DNA of 64,000 nucleotides from an uncultured archaeon (GCA_964558645.1 CAZLEV010000005.1:96001-160000); one strand, 5' to 3'; positions 20,006 through 30,860 are shown, counted from the first letter of the stretch. The notes: generated by a model from the sequence alone, not told the origin. Numbers and translations: made by a program.

Positions 20006-20878
20006 TCAAGAGTCGGCGGATGAAGTGTCCAGTTCCTGAAACCTGCTCAAGAAGACGACACCAAACATGCCGCAGATGAGGCCTAGAGCATAGAACGGCA
20101 CACTGGTCATGGTCTGCCCGAATATGTAGAGTCCGCCAAAGATCACAGCGAACATACTGATTGTGCCGGTGATAGCGTTGAATCGGGCGGCTGGGTTGCG
20201 CTGGAGACCTATCGAGACCGTGTAGACCCCTGCAGAAAAGGTGAAGACGCCCAATAGGACGAGGGGAATGAGTCCGTTGATGAAGCCTTCAATGATGTCC
20301 GAGCCTGTGAACAATGCCAGCGTGAACCACTGAGTGTACTGTGAGGCCAGGGCCTGCAAGACAGACGTGATAGGAGCCCAGAGCATTGCTGCCCTGCGGG
20401 TGGCGGGCACCATCACTCCCACGGCAATCAGCATGACAACAGAGTAGAGGAGAATGCTGTCGTACGAAGTGAACATGGTTGGTTCCGTGACCCCTCCGAG
20501 GGCGATGAATACGGGAGTGAGGATGAGCATGAAGACACCGATGATCGTCCGAGAGTCTATCTCTTCACCCAGTCTGCGGTTTGATAAGACTACGAGCGCG
20601 ATGAGGCCCACATTCATCAAGGGCTGGACCACAACGATTCCCGCCATCTGGGTTGCAAGAAGATAGGCGAGTCCTCCAGCCAGTGACATCAGGAACCCGA
20701 GAAGCCATCTCCTGTTTCTGAAGAGAGCTCCCGTCTGGCCTATGGCGCCAGATATCTCGATGTCCTCCATGGTACCGAGGGCCTCTTTCTGGATGATAGG
20801 GGCAATATTCCACATCAGGGATGTGATGATAGCGAGGAGGATTCCAAGGAACACACCGGTCACAATGAACTGCAACAT
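20006..20878 (-). CDS. DMT-superfamily membrane transporter
   Basis: About 9 TM helices; IIQKEAL...FRNRRWLLG...VVQPL...LGE pattern. Confidence 0.7.
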   Translation of the reverse strand: MLQFIVTGVFLGILLAIITSLMWNIAPIIQKEALGTMEDIEISGAIGQTGALFRNRRWLLGFLMSLAGGLAYLLATQMAGIVVVQPLMNVGLIALVVLSNRRLGEEIDSRTIIGVFMLILTPVFIALGGVTEPTMFTSYDSILLYSVVMLIAVGVMVPATRRAAMLWAPITSVLQALASQYTQWFTLALFTGSDIIEGFINGLIPLVLLGVFTFSAGVYTVSIGLQRNPAARFNAITGTISMFAVIFGGLYIFGQTMTSVPFYALGLICGMFGVVFLSRFQELDTSSADS

Positions 20879-21185
20879 CAGGCATCATGGGCACGGCGTC
20901 GCTGGATTCCTAAAAAGATATGGCATCGACTGGAGATGGGTCCGAGTCAGAAAAGCAACAGAGGAAGGAACGCATAAGACGAGGCAAAGTGGAACCTGTC
21001 CCCACCACATTCCGTGCCACTGCTTCTCATTAAAACCAGCTCCTAGCACTCTACTACCGGGGTACTATTGTGCAACTCCCCGCACAAGGTTTGCGAACCA
21101 TGTACAGCATTGCTCATAACACTCATATGGCTGCTCATGCCATATCTATTGAGGAAGCGTTCCAACTATGGGAGATGGGTAACGA

Positions 21186-21599
21186 ATGCGCTTCGAAGGC
21201 AGTGAAACGATCGAACTACCAGAGTCCACCGAGTGGCAGACGGTCCGCGACAGGATTGCCACGTGGCGGAACACGCGGGCGGGTCACGAGTATCGCATCG
21301 TTGAGAGCGCTCCAGGAAGGGTGGTCTTGGAGAGGACATGGACATCAACGACGAGCGTAGTGTGCATCGTCCTCACGGTGGTGTTCATGCTGTCCACCCA
21401 TTTCTTCACCCTCCTGACCATCGGGCTACCCCTGGTCATCGCGATGGTATACCTCATGCAGGACAAGATCCGAATCGAGGTGCTCTTTGCGGACTCAAGG
21501 GTAGATCTGCACCTAGGGGCCACACAGCGAGCGGAAGCAGAGTGGGACCTTGACTCATTGGTGAATGCACTCGAGGACCTGAAGACGTGCAGTAGATGA
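21186..21599 (+). CDS. Hypothetical membrane protein (2 TM)
   Basis: Central hydrophobic hairpin with soluble flanks. Confidence 0.6.
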   Translation: MRFEGSETIELPESTEWQTVRDRIATWRNTRAGHEYRIVESAPGRVVLERTWTSTTSVVCIVLTVVFMLSTHFFTLLTIGLPLVIAMVYLMQDKIRIEVLFADSRVDLHLGATQRAEAEWDLDSLVNALEDLKTCSR

Positions 21600-21612
21600 C
21601 CTGACAGTAGAG

Positions 21613-22398
21613 TCAAATAAGGAAGAGCCGCAGAAGTGTCACAAGGCCAAGTAAGACTGAACATGTCCCAACCACTCTTCGCGCCCTTCTGTCATCAAGC
21701 TTACGCACAAACAGTGCTCCCACAGGGGCTGCCAGTGCGCCAGTCACCACCATGATGAGGGCCGCCTGCATGACAAGCGTCACCTGATAGATGTCAGAGA
21801 GTACAACGTACATGAGGAACGCGATGGAGGAGATGGTTGCCTCTGAGAATTGAGTGATGCCCACCGAACTCTTGACCTCGCTGCCAGTCATGATCTGCAC
21901 ACTGGTCACAATGGGACCGTAGCCGCCGCCAGAGATGGCCTTGTTGAAACCGCCAAGGCCGCTGGCCAGATAGAGTTTCCACCACCCGCCGCTGAAGCTG
22001 ACTTTGAAGCGGACAACGATGCCGACAATGAGCATCATCAGCCCGATGTACGTGAGCATGAACCAATCTGGAAGGGTCACAGCCAGGGTCGCTGAGATGA
22101 CTGCGCCAATGACACCGATGGTCGTGAAGAGGAGGTAGATTCGGGCCTCTCGCTGGTCAGGCGACGTGAATTCGATGTTTCTGAACAGGCGATGAAAGAT
22201 GGAACCGCTGAGTCCTGCCACTGTCTGAGAGAGAAGCAGCAAGGGCACAACTATGAGGGGGTCGAACCCGATGAGGATGAAGATGGGGGTGAGAAGGCTG
22301 TAGCCCATGCCGAAGGCGTTGTCCACGAAACTTCCAATGAAGCCGAGGATGATTATGGCAAGCAGAAGGGGTGTGCCCGGGTCGGTCAGGACCTGCAT
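21613..22398 (-). CDS. Sulfite exporter TauE/SafE-family protein
   Basis: FVDNAFGMGYSLLTP and NKAISGGGYGP; about 8 TM; ATG at 22398 preferred. Confidence 0.85.
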   Translation of the reverse strand: MQVLTDPGTPLLLAIIILGFIGSFVDNAFGMGYSLLTPIFILIGFDPLIVVPLLLLSQTVAGLSGSIFHRLFRNIEFTSPDQREARIYLLFTTIGVIGAVISATLAVTLPDWFMLTYIGLMMLIVGIVVRFKVSFSGGWWKLYLASGLGGFNKAISGGGYGPIVTSVQIMTGSEVKSSVGITQFSEATISSIAFLMYVVLSDIYQVTLVMQAALIMVVTGALAAPVGALFVRKLDDRRARRVVGTCSVLLGLVTLLRLFLI

Positions 22399-22726
22399 GG
22401 CTATCACAGTCCGACTCGGCTTCTTGAAGCTTCTTCTTTTTGGTTTTACGTTTCCCCTCGTACTCCCCCCGAAACGGACAGGCATCAATGCATATGCTGG
22501 TCCTGAGCCATGGACTCGGCTTTCTCGTCAGAGCAGTCGGCTGCTTGAAGCACGAGAGAGAGGGCAAGAAGAGCGTTCAGTGATACTCTAAGAGGAACCG
22601 TGAGTGAGTCGCTCGCGGAGTATCATACATCCAGGGATTCCTGGCCTTGCATCAAGGCAACCTCCAAGGGATTTAGCATCTACGCTGTTTGATCAGGTAT
22701 CTTCCTCGTGATTTGAGTATGCACTG

Positions 22727-23713
22727 TCATATCCAGCCAAAGAGAGCCACATAGGCCACTCCCGCTATGAGAGAAAACAGGAAGAAGATAACCGTATAGA
22801 TGAGAACGCCTCTCCATTTGAAGAACCGACTGTTCGGGGCCATTGATACAAAGTCATAAGGCTGTCCCATCATGAAGGCCAATGCAGTTGACCGCGACAT
22901 TCCCTTTGCAAGAAGCGTACTTGTTAGTACAATCTCAACAAGCGTGGGTGTGTAAAGGGGACCACCAAGAAGCGATCCGAAAAATATACCCAACCACCCA
23001 GTGAAGTACGAAACAATCCATTCGCTAGGAAGAAAAGCAGCAATGTAGCTGACGATAATCAGCCCGATGAGTAGATAAGCAAGAATCGATTTCATCAAGA
23101 ACCATATATTGTTGTATACATTTCGAACTCGATCATTAATTGTCTTTGTCAGTAGTAGCTTCTTGGCTTTTCCTACTCGTACATCATCATACTGCTTCTG
23201 AAGATCTCTTGCGAGCTTCGTTCGATCAAATACAAATCCACACAAAACAGCAGCGATCATGGAAAAGAACAGTCTGAACAAGCCAAGATCCCAACCCAGA
23301 TAATCGCCTGTCAAAAGAATGGTGATCAAATTGGCAGCTGGAGCCATCAGAAAGAAGGTCATCGCAACGCCAACAGTTGCGCCACTCATTAGAATTGAAA
23401 CATAGATGGGTATTACCGAGCAACTACATGTTATGAACAGGGGGGATAGGAGTGCAGCAAGCAAGTAGTTCCTTAGACCGTGAGACCCAAGATACTTGAC
23501 AATCATATCCTCTTTTACATACTCCTGGATAGCCCCCCCAATGAAGAAGGCCAACAATAATGAAGACCATGCATTCCTTCCGTAATCAATTATGTACCTT
23601 ATCGGAATCTCGTACAATGGAAATTGACTGTAATCAATGGTCTGAGAAGGTGGTGGTGTAGATAAGAGCTCTATCTTATTGATGACGAACGCACACACGA
23701 CCGCACCAAACAC
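22727..23713 (-). CDS. Permease, ArsP/DUF318 family
   Basis: TCSCSVIP and AMTFFLMAPAAN; multi-TM. The frame is open about 25 codons upstream of the GTG at 23713, so the true start is uncertain. Confidence 0.85.
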   Translation of the reverse strand: MFGAVVCAFVINKIELLSTPPPSQTIDYSQFPLYEIPIRYIIDYGRNAWSSLLLAFFIGGAIQEYVKEDMIVKYLGSHGLRNYLLAALLSPLFITCSCSVIPIYVSILMSGATVGVAMTFFLMAPAANLITILLTGDYLGWDLGLFRLFFSMIAAVLCGFVFDRTKLARDLQKQYDDVRVGKAKKLLLTKTINDRVRNVYNNIWFLMKSILAYLLIGLIIVSYIAAFLPSEWIVSYFTGWLGIFFGSLLGGPLYTPTLVEIVLTSTLLAKGMSRSTALAFMMGQPYDFVSMAPNSRFFKWRGVLIYTVIFFLFSLIAGVAYVALFGWI

Positions 23714-23815
23714 AATGATTAGCAGAATAGTAGTGAGATGAATTCCATCAGTACTCTCTGACTGCTCTTCCGTACTGGTTCTCTCCTGTCAATTCAGACT
23801 TAGGCACAAAAATGC

Positions 23816-24112
23816 TTATCCTGACAAGATTTGCTTAATCGCTCGATTTATTTGTTTCTGGGTCGGAACATCGCCTTCTGACACAACATACTCATTGATG
23901 ATGACAGCAGGTCCCTTCAAAGATCCGTACGTCTCCAGTGTTGTCTTATCTGTTAAGGAAATATGTTCAATCGAACTGTCATAGTCACCAAGTGCTGCTA
24001 ATGCCTCCTCGATGTTCTTCTTGGTCTTTCTGCATCGGTCACAAGGAGTCTCTGGGCCAGCAATCTTAACGATGATCTTTTGCATGTTGGTTCTGTGACT
24101 GGAGTCGTTCAT
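23816..24112 (-). CDS. Small thioredoxin-like protein (MTH895 type)
   Basis: CDRC motif and PAVIINE..G.VP; same strand as and directly upstream of the permease. Confidence 0.8.
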   Translation of the reverse strand: MNDSSHRTNMQKIIVKIAGPETPCDRCRKTKKNIEEALAALGDYDSSIEHISLTDKTTLETYGSLKGPAVIINEYVVSEGDVPTQKQINRAIKQILSG

Positions 24113-24651
24113 TGTGACTAGTCTACGGAGATAGAACCTATTTGAGCTTTCTTACACTTCAAGACGTTGCCGCCCATCTTTGTGATGAGAGGAGTGGGGG
24201 ATGTACTGGTATCGATGAAGGAGTGACCGAGTATGCTGGAGACATGGAAGGATATAGCCAGAGCCGGGTCTGCACTGCTCTCTGTGATTCTCGTGCTTCA
24301 GGCTCCGATGGTATGGGTGTATCTGGAAACGCCAACCTCGTACTAATGGTGCGTCTAAAGGTTGTTTCCAACAAGAGAATCTGGGAACCGGTGTGCTCAT
24401 ATGCTTGAAGGATGGCTTGGTCAGTGTGATTTGCCGCAGATATCGTGGATTGAGCAAGAAGGATCCTTTCTGTAGTTCAATATGGCAAAAGATGACAAGG
24501 GATCACATCTGGGTAACAGGAGGGATTGTGTAACTACATCTTTCTGTCATTCGACTACTGCCCACGTGGTCGTGTTTAGGCCGTGCGCGGACGATGCTCA
24601 CCGATAGACTAAATATAGACTATCTCTCGATTAGGCATAGGGTGTTGAGAT

Positions 24652-26544
24652 TTGGTTTTAAGAGGAGATGACGCGGAATATCAGGAAGCAATCCGGTTCT
24701 GGGAGGGGCAAAGCGATACAAACAAACGAATAATCCTTCAGACCCTTGTAGAAAATAGCTGGGACTTCGAGGGGGTTACAGAGGAGTATGGTAGCAAGAT
24801 AGCTCGTATTCCCCTTTCTGTCTTGCAGGCGGAGTATAAGAGGCTGAATCTGACTCCTAGGCGATTGGAGAAAGAATTCCGAGATCCGTTGAAGGCAACT
24901 CCTTTGAAGAATACTCTGAAGCGTTTGAGTCAGACCTGTACCGCAGAGGAGGCGATCGCAGAGTTAGTAGACAATGTCTTCGACAACTTTGCGAGGAAAC
25001 GTCATGAACGTACAACGGATCTCTTGGAAATCGGCATTCACTTCCTCTCTCGTGAGGGGGAACACTACGACGAGATAATCCTCAGGGAGAATAGTGGGGG
25101 GGTCAGGAATGATGAGCTTCTCCCGTTGGTTCGGTTGGGGGACTCGGCGACTGCCGGAGCACGCACGATCGGTGCATGGGGACAAGGATCGAAGATTGCA
25201 TGCTTTGCCCTAGCAGATGAAATAGAGATTTTTACCCATCATCCTGCCCATCGTCCGGTCTGTATTCATTTCCCAGACGGATGGCTAAAGGAAGAACACC
25301 CACGATACAAAGACTGGGAAGTGAAAGTATACGAAGCTGAGGATGTACCTAGTGGGACAACGGTATTTCGTTTCTGTAACTTGAAGACAACGGCAAGAAC
25401 GGCTGACCTGACAGCTATCAAGAAATACCTTGAGAGAATCTATTCCTACAAAATCCAGGATTGGAGAGAACAGGGTACCACGATTGATATCCGATTAGAA
25501 GATACACTGAGCGATGTATCCTATGAAATTGAACCCGTTTTCACTGTTGATATTCTCGAGGAAGAGAGGGGCTTCTGTTGGTTTCCTGATTATGCACCAT
25601 TGGAGGTGACTCATGTGCTCGAAAGCGAAACGCCGTTGGGTGAGAAGATCGAAGTCAAGGTAAGGATGGTTTGTGGTATACTGAGTGATTCGAAGTCGGA
25701 CCTAGGGGGAGTATATATGTACGGTAATAAGCGACTCTTCACACCAAAGCCGGAAACTGATGAAAGGGTGGGTTACGGTCTAGATGTTCAGGGAAGGAGA
25801 GGCAAGATTCAGAAATATCGGCCCTCGCTCTATCGTCTTTTGACATTTGTCTTCTTCGAAAGCGAGGAACAGGAGTCTGAGTATATACCTTGGGCTGCAC
25901 CTCTCAAGAACCGGTATAATCCAAGTAACGTCTTTCATGATGAAATAATCCAGATTCTCTACAGAATAGTCTATCCGTATAGTCTTGTATGCGAAGGTCT
26001 AGAGAGGGAAATGCTACCATTCTTTTCCAAAAGATGGGACGCTCTTGGCCGCCAAGAGAAGAAGAACCTAGTGGAATCATTCTTTGGCGGAGACGTGAAT
26101 CCCGAGGAAGTAGTCAAATACCATATCATTGAAGGCAACCTGGACAATCTTCGTCAGTTCCCTTTTGAACAAGTAAAGGGAATCAGCGACTTGCCCTTCG
26201 GGCAAGTAAAATCTTCAACAGTGAAGAAGTTCCTAGAAAAAGTCAAAGATGAGAAGTTCAACGTTGGAAGGAGAGAGTTCTTCTTGGCATTCTTCTCGGG
26301 CACGGTGAATCGACTAGTCGGTGAAGGAGTGCTCGACATAGACTTACCCGCACCAGATCCAGATCATATCAATATGGAGTACATAGAGAGTTGCCTTGAG
26401 CAGATGGAGCAGCTGTACGAGTCGGGGACAATCAAGCTTGAGATGGATGAGAAGGAGAAACTACAGAAGAAACTCAATCTACCAGAAGAGGCATCTGTAG
26501 CTGAGATTATCGATGCACTTGCAAAGAAAGAACTCGGCATCTAG
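24652..26544 (+). CDS. GHKL/MORC-type ATPase (HATPase_c_3-like)
   Basis: N-box AIAELVDNVFD, RENSGGV, G-rich LGDS..IGAWGQGSKIAC and GTT, followed by an S5-like region (GGVYMYGNKRL). Confidence 0.8.
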   Translation: MVLRGDDAEYQEAIRFWEGQSDTNKRIILQTLVENSWDFEGVTEEYGSKIARIPLSVLQAEYKRLNLTPRRLEKEFRDPLKATPLKNTLKRLSQTCTAEEAIAELVDNVFDNFARKRHERTTDLLEIGIHFLSREGEHYDEIILRENSGGVRNDELLPLVRLGDSATAGARTIGAWGQGSKIACFALADEIEIFTHHPAHRPVCIHFPDGWLKEEHPRYKDWEVKVYEAEDVPSGTTVFRFCNLKTTARTADLTAIKKYLERIYSYKIQDWREQGTTIDIRLEDTLSDVSYEIEPVFTVDILEEERGFCWFPDYAPLEVTHVLESETPLGEKIEVKVRMVCGILSDSKSDLGGVYMYGNKRLFTPKPETDERVGYGLDVQGRRGKIQKYRPSLYRLLTFVFFESEEQESEYIPWAAPLKNRYNPSNVFHDEIIQILYRIVYPYSLVCEGLEREMLPFFSKRWDALGRQEKKNLVESFFGGDVNPEEVVKYHIIEGNLDNLRQFPFEQVKGISDLPFGQVKSSTVKKFLEKVKDEKFNVGRREFFLAFFSGTVNRLVGEGVLDIDLPAPDPDHINMEYIESCLEQMEQLYESGTIKLEMDEKEKLQKKLNLPEEASVAEIIDALAKKELGI

Positions 26545-26559
26545 TGGAGAAAGCAGCAG

Positions 26560-27060
26560 ATGCGATACAGAAGTGTGACGGAAAAGGACATTCTGTTCAT
26601 TCTTGAGGAATCGATTAGTAAGTTGCCGCATCATCCTTGGATCCAGACCGAGAGTGACATAAAATGCGCACTTTATACCGCGTTTTACAATATGATTTCA
26701 GTCCGAATAGCCAATCTCGAGAGCTGTGGTTGGCGAGTCATTACGGAGTATCCATTACCCGACGGCAAGTATGTCGATTTTGCTGTTCTCCACAACGGCC
26801 ATCCGTGTTTGTTTGTTGAGATAAAATACATCAAGAATTTCACAACTAAGGAAATCGCGGATATTCGGGAGGACTACTTGAAGAGAAAATCCTTTCTGAT
26901 CAGCGAAGAAGTCAAGCTGCTACAGCTTGTTGCAAGTGAGTTTGACGGGGACTACGAAGAGGTGATTTGCGAGAAGATGATAAGAGCATATGGCGAACTC
27001 TATGAGGGGGGTCTGGGAGGAAAGGCATACATCATATATATTCGGATTCCAAGTGGCTGA
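26560..27060 (+). CDS. PD-(D/E)XK-superfamily nuclease
   Basis: TESDI...TEY.LPDGKYVDFAV...FVEIK; starts 15 nt after the GHKL ATPase stop. Confidence 0.7.
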   Translation: MRYRSVTEKDILFILEESISKLPHHPWIQTESDIKCALYTAFYNMISVRIANLESCGWRVITEYPLPDGKYVDFAVLHNGHPCLFVEIKYIKNFTTKEIADIREDYLKRKSFLISEEVKLLQLVASEFDGDYEEVICEKMIRAYGELYEGGLGGKAYIIYIRIPSG

Positions 27061-27085
27061 GGCAGAAACTACAGAAAGCGCATTG

Positions 27086-27472
27086 CTACTCCGTTAGTAC
27101 ACTCTTCTGACGACTGTCAAGCAAAAGCAAGAAGTCATCAAGCGATCTGATCCTCGTGTGGATCAGGGATATGCCTCGGTTAAGGTGAGCCTTGAGATAG
27201 GCTTCAGCCTTTTCGAAGTCGATTTCATCTGCAGATAACCGTTCGATCAGAAGAGATCTGAAAGCATTATCCCATTTTCCCGTTAAAGAGTACCTATTCA
27301 GTTCTTTGCCATCTTCATCGAAGTCGAAACTTGGAAACCCCTCTTTCTCCATCGAATAGCAGAGAGCAACTCGACACAGAAGATTCGGTGTTATTCCTGT
27401 CCTCCGCCTCAAGACAGTTAGTTTGGAGGTTGACGACCGACTGACCTTGATTTTCTTGAATTCCAGCTTCAT
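27086..27472 (-). CDS. dndE: DNA phosphorothioation protein DndE
   Basis: LRRRTGITPNLLCRVALCYS, DGKELNRYSLTG and HLNRGI; 128 aa; overlaps the dndD stop. Confidence 0.9.
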   Translation of the reverse strand: MKLEFKKIKVSRSSTSKLTVLRRRTGITPNLLCRVALCYSMEKEGFPSFDFDEDGKELNRYSLTGKWDNAFRSLLIERLSADEIDFEKAEAYLKAHLNRGISLIHTRIRSLDDFLLLLDSRQKSVLTE

Positions 27473-29460
27473 CCGCAGGTCCTCCTGGTCGTTGCTATTG
27501 TACGGCGTTCGGCACCATCAAACTGAAGATGGTATTCCTGAGATATGATGGGGCGGATCTTCTTTCCAACCTCTTCGGTAACTTCAGTTTCCGTAGCGAA
27601 CATTACTATCTGTGGACCTGCAAGTGGAATGAATTTCGAGATCACAGAGGCACGATGTTCCTCATCTAGTCGGGAGAATGGAGTATCAATGAAGACTGGC
27701 AGACTTCTCTTCGATATTTTAGAGATGGCGCCCAGTAGTGCATATATGTAGATTTGTTGTTCTCCTGAAGAAAGGACCGACGAGCCGGTTGTCCTGCCAT
27801 CGCTATGCTGGATACTGACATCAAGTGCATCCCTTCCAATTTCAACGGCACGGAGTCGTTTGTTACGGGGTCGCATGTTGTTGTAAATCTGCTTGAACTC
27901 TGCAGTCAGTTCTTCTGCATAAAATGAATGAAGTTCTCTCTTGAATTCTTTGACTACCCCACGGAGTCTGTCAACTAGTGCAAGTTTCCGTTTGTGCTTC
28001 TCGGCCGCCTCTGTTTCTTTCATTGCCTTGTTCTGACGGTTCCTAAGCTGCTCAATGTCAACAATGAGCGAATCAAGCTCGTCCTGAAGCTCGTTTTTCT
28101 CCCGTTCGATCTTCTCAAGGTCCCGTATAGAATCACGCAAATCGCTCACAAGAGGTTTGAGACTCTCATCTGTGGGCATTCGAGAGAGGTCATCGCGTAC
28201 TTGCTCCAGTGAGGCTTCTACTTGGCCGTATTCGCTTACATAGTCTCTGAATTCCTGAAGAGCTGTCGGCGCATCATGGGTAAGTAGTCTGACTACCCGG
28301 TCGGTTTCGAAAGAAGATAGCTTGTGACGAAGCGGAATATTGTGACTATTCTCAAGTCTGCTGGATATCGCATCCAGAATGTCCTCAGCTATGCGCTCCT
28401 TCTGGGAAGAGGATAAATCAAGTGAGTCGAACACGCCATCGGAAGCCATTGAGCTAGCAAGTTCCTTCTTGCCATCCTTCATCTTTCTGACTACTGCATT
28501 AGATGATATTATATCCGCTTCTCTCTTTAGAACCTCGACGGTCTTCTTCTTCAACGATGGGGCGAAAACAAACGGGAGAGCATTTGAGAAAAGCTCTAGT
28601 ATTGCTCGCTCTAATGTTTCTTTCTCAACAAGGAGATGTCGCTCTTGACGGTGAAGCTCGTTCCTTTGCTCAGCATACTCTGAGCCCTGCCTCGAAAGCC
28701 TTAGCTCCTGTTCCGTAATGGAAGCCTGGATATCGATGAGAAGGCCGTCGATTTCGGCTAGTCTCTCATGAATCCACTCGCTCCTCTCAGTCAACTCATT
28801 TATCTCATTCTCTAGCTTCTCGAACACAGAGAAGTCGGCCTGAATCTCCTTCTTGTTCAACCAGTACATGTATCTAGGCAAGTCGGAATCCAGTTGATTG
28901 ACAACATCGATTCCCACCAGAGTTTCAAATCCGTCTCTGAAAATCTTCTGTGGGCCGCGGGCTCCAGATAGTCGGTCTATTCGTTCCCCGTCGAAGAATA
29001 TCAGCTGGGCGAGTCCTGCAGGCACAAAATTCAGAAGGAATTCCTGAGGATAAGTGAGTTCCTTCTCTGGTTCTCCTCCCTGTAGAATTGATGCTCTGAG
29101 GTCCTCAATCACACCACCGTCTCTTTGAGTCCATGCGCGGGATATCCGGAGACGGTAATCGATACCTCGCTCAGCATAGGCTATTTCCAACTCTATTGAT
29201 GAAGTGTCGGCGGAGTTTCCGCCTGATATTCGCTGCTTGATGAAATCCTGGTAATCCGCTTCTTTCATCTTGATCCCTCGGAAGAAAGGGCCGTAGATGC
29301 AAAGAGAGATTGCCTGAAACAGTGTGCTCTTACCGGCGCCATTCTTCCCAGTGAAGAGAATCAACGAAGGTGATTGTTTTTCGTCTTCACAGGACAGACT
29401 GAAGCTATAAGATCCTCGATATGGACCGAAGTTCCGAATGTCTACAGAACGCACCCTCAT
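27469..29460 (-). CDS. dndD: DNA phosphorothioation SMC-like ATPase DndD
   Basis: NFGPYRG, Walker A GKNGAGKST, FFDGERI, coiled coil, LSSGEQQI, IDTPFSRLDEEHR and QIVMFATETEV. Confidence 0.92.
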   Translation of the reverse strand: MRVRSVDIRNFGPYRGSYSFSLSCEDEKQSPSLILFTGKNGAGKSTLFQAISLCIYGPFFRGIKMKEADYQDFIKQRISGGNSADTSSIELEIAYAERGIDYRLRISRAWTQRDGGVIEDLRASILQGGEPEKELTYPQEFLLNFVPAGLAQLIFFDGERIDRLSGARGPQKIFRDGFETLVGIDVVNQLDSDLPRYMYWLNKKEIQADFSVFEKLENEINELTERSEWIHERLAEIDGLLIDIQASITEQELRLSRQGSEYAEQRNELHRQERHLLVEKETLERAILELFSNALPFVFAPSLKKKTVEVLKREADIISSNAVVRKMKDGKKELASSMASDGVFDSLDLSSSQKERIAEDILDAISSRLENSHNIPLRHKLSSFETDRVVRLLTHDAPTALQEFRDYVSEYGQVEASLEQVRDDLSRMPTDESLKPLVSDLRDSIRDLEKIEREKNELQDELDSLIVDIEQLRNRQNKAMKETEAAEKHKRKLALVDRLRGVVKEFKRELHSFYAEELTAEFKQIYNNMRPRNKRLRAVEIGRDALDVSIQHSDGRTTGSSVLSSGEQQIYIYALLGAISKISKRSLPVFIDTPFSRLDEEHRASVISKFIPLAGPQIVMFATETEVTEEVGKKIRPIISQEYHLQFDGAERRTIATTRRTCG

Positions 29461-30860
29461 CGATCAAGCTTCCTCCTAGTAGCAAGCACTTCCTCTTTCG
29501 ACCGCCATTCCTCAGAGAAGACTCGGTCGATATGTTCCATCATCGAAGATCTTCTCGCTAGACCCTGCTTCAACGCCTCCAAATCAAGTAATTTCTTGAC
29601 AAGATCTAGTGGCACATTCTCTTTCTCACAGAGGCTCTGAAGAATATCCTGCTCTTTCATTCCGAAGGTGACTATGTCGTCCGTCTTCCACTCCAAGTCC
29701 TTATCCATCTCTTCTCGATATATTTTTGGAACACGATCAAGCCAATCTGCACGCTCCAATCGCCAGATACGGCGGATTGCATGTAATTCATCAGAGCGAA
29801 TAACCACGAAGGTATCCAGACCTGTTTCATCTATCTTCTTCTGAACTCTTAGCACCATTCTTAGTATCTTCTCACACACATCAAGCCTGTATGGGCCTGG
29901 AACGATGGCACTGGAATCATTTCGCATGAAAGAAACACGGCCGTTTCGTCTTTTGTACTGGCGATATTCCTTCTTCTTCTCCGGATTAGTAGTCATATGC
30001 AAGAAGTCCCTTATCTCGAGAAGATCACTCATCCAACCTCTTCTGGTGTCAATTAGATGTTCCATGGATCTATCGCTTTCCACGAGCGTACAGACCCAGC
30101 ATCCGAAACGCGAGTTACCACAAGGAGGCGTCTTTGTGTCAACAACCATAGGGCACTCTCCGCCCTCGGCATCTTTATAGAGATCAAACAGGGCGTAGTT
30201 ATCACCGCCCCAAGGGGAACTCTCTTCCAGTAGATAACCCCAAACTTCGTCTACACTAAACTCCTTGATAGGAGCATAGACATAAGCTCCCGCAAAGTGT
30301 GTATGTTTGAGGAGCTTCGGCCTTTTCGTTTCTCTCAAACTGAGTACTTGATCGCGTGTGGCACTTTCACCCTGTCTGACACCCAATACGATTATCACTT
30401 CGCCATGATACGCAATCTTCTCCTCAATGAATCTGTTCGATGGTCGTATCTTCAAACGATCCGTACACCAGCGAAATTTCTGGGTTGGAGCAGGATATCC
30501 TCTCCCAATAAGGTTCACCCAGAAACTATCATTTATGGCGGGCTGAACCAATGCAATCTCAAATGGGAGATTCGCATCCTCGGCCGCATTCTTCATTCTT
30601 GAGAGAGAATCGCGTAGGTAGTCGAGGACAACAGGGTTCTCTACGAATGTATCGGAGGATATGACATAGAGCTTCTTTTGCAGCTTCTTTCTCGGCAATT
30701 CGGACAGTGCAGACCAGACCATCTGTAAAGCCGCTGTGGAGTCCTTGCCCCCGCTGTAACCAACTATCCACGGGCGGTCGTCCGCAAGAAATAAGCTTCT
30801 GATTTCCTCGTATATGTTACTGAGCCGCCACTCATCTATGATCACCGATGTTTCACTCAT
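29457..30860 (-). CDS. dndC: DNA phosphorothioation sulfurtransferase DndC (PAPS-reductase fold)
   Basis: PWIVGYSGGKDS, FWVNLIGRGYPAP, RWCTDRLKIRP and GECP...CGNSRFGCWVCT. Confidence 0.95.
   Translation of the reverse strand: MSETSVIIDEWRLSNIYEEIRSLFLADDRPWIVGYSGGKDSTAALQMVWSALSELPRKKLQKKLYVISSDTFVENPVVLDYLRDSLSRMKNAAEDANLPFEIALVQPAINDSFWVNLIGRGYPAPTQKFRWCTDRLKIRPSNRFIEEKIAYHGEVIIVLGVRQGESATRDQVLSLRETKRPKLLKHTHFAGAYVYAPIKEFSVDEVWGYLLEESSPWGGDNYALFDLYKDAEGGECPMVVDTKTPPCGNSRFGCWVCTLVESDRSMEHLIDTRRGWMSDLLEIRDFLHMTTNPEKKKEYRQYKRRNGRVSFMRNDSSAIVPGPYRLDVCEKILRMVLRVQKKIDETGLDTFVVIRSDELHAIRRIWRLERADWLDRVPKIYREEMDKDLEWKTDDIVTFGMKEQDILQSLCEKENVPLDLVKKLLDLEALKQGLARRSSMMEHIDRVFSEEWRSKEEVLATRRKLDR

Noticed and set aside
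24113-24651. ORFs, ArsR gene, tRNA or att site at the left island edge
   Set aside because: The short overlapping ORFs lack recognisable motifs, and no cloverleaf or matching repeat was found near 38.1 kb.
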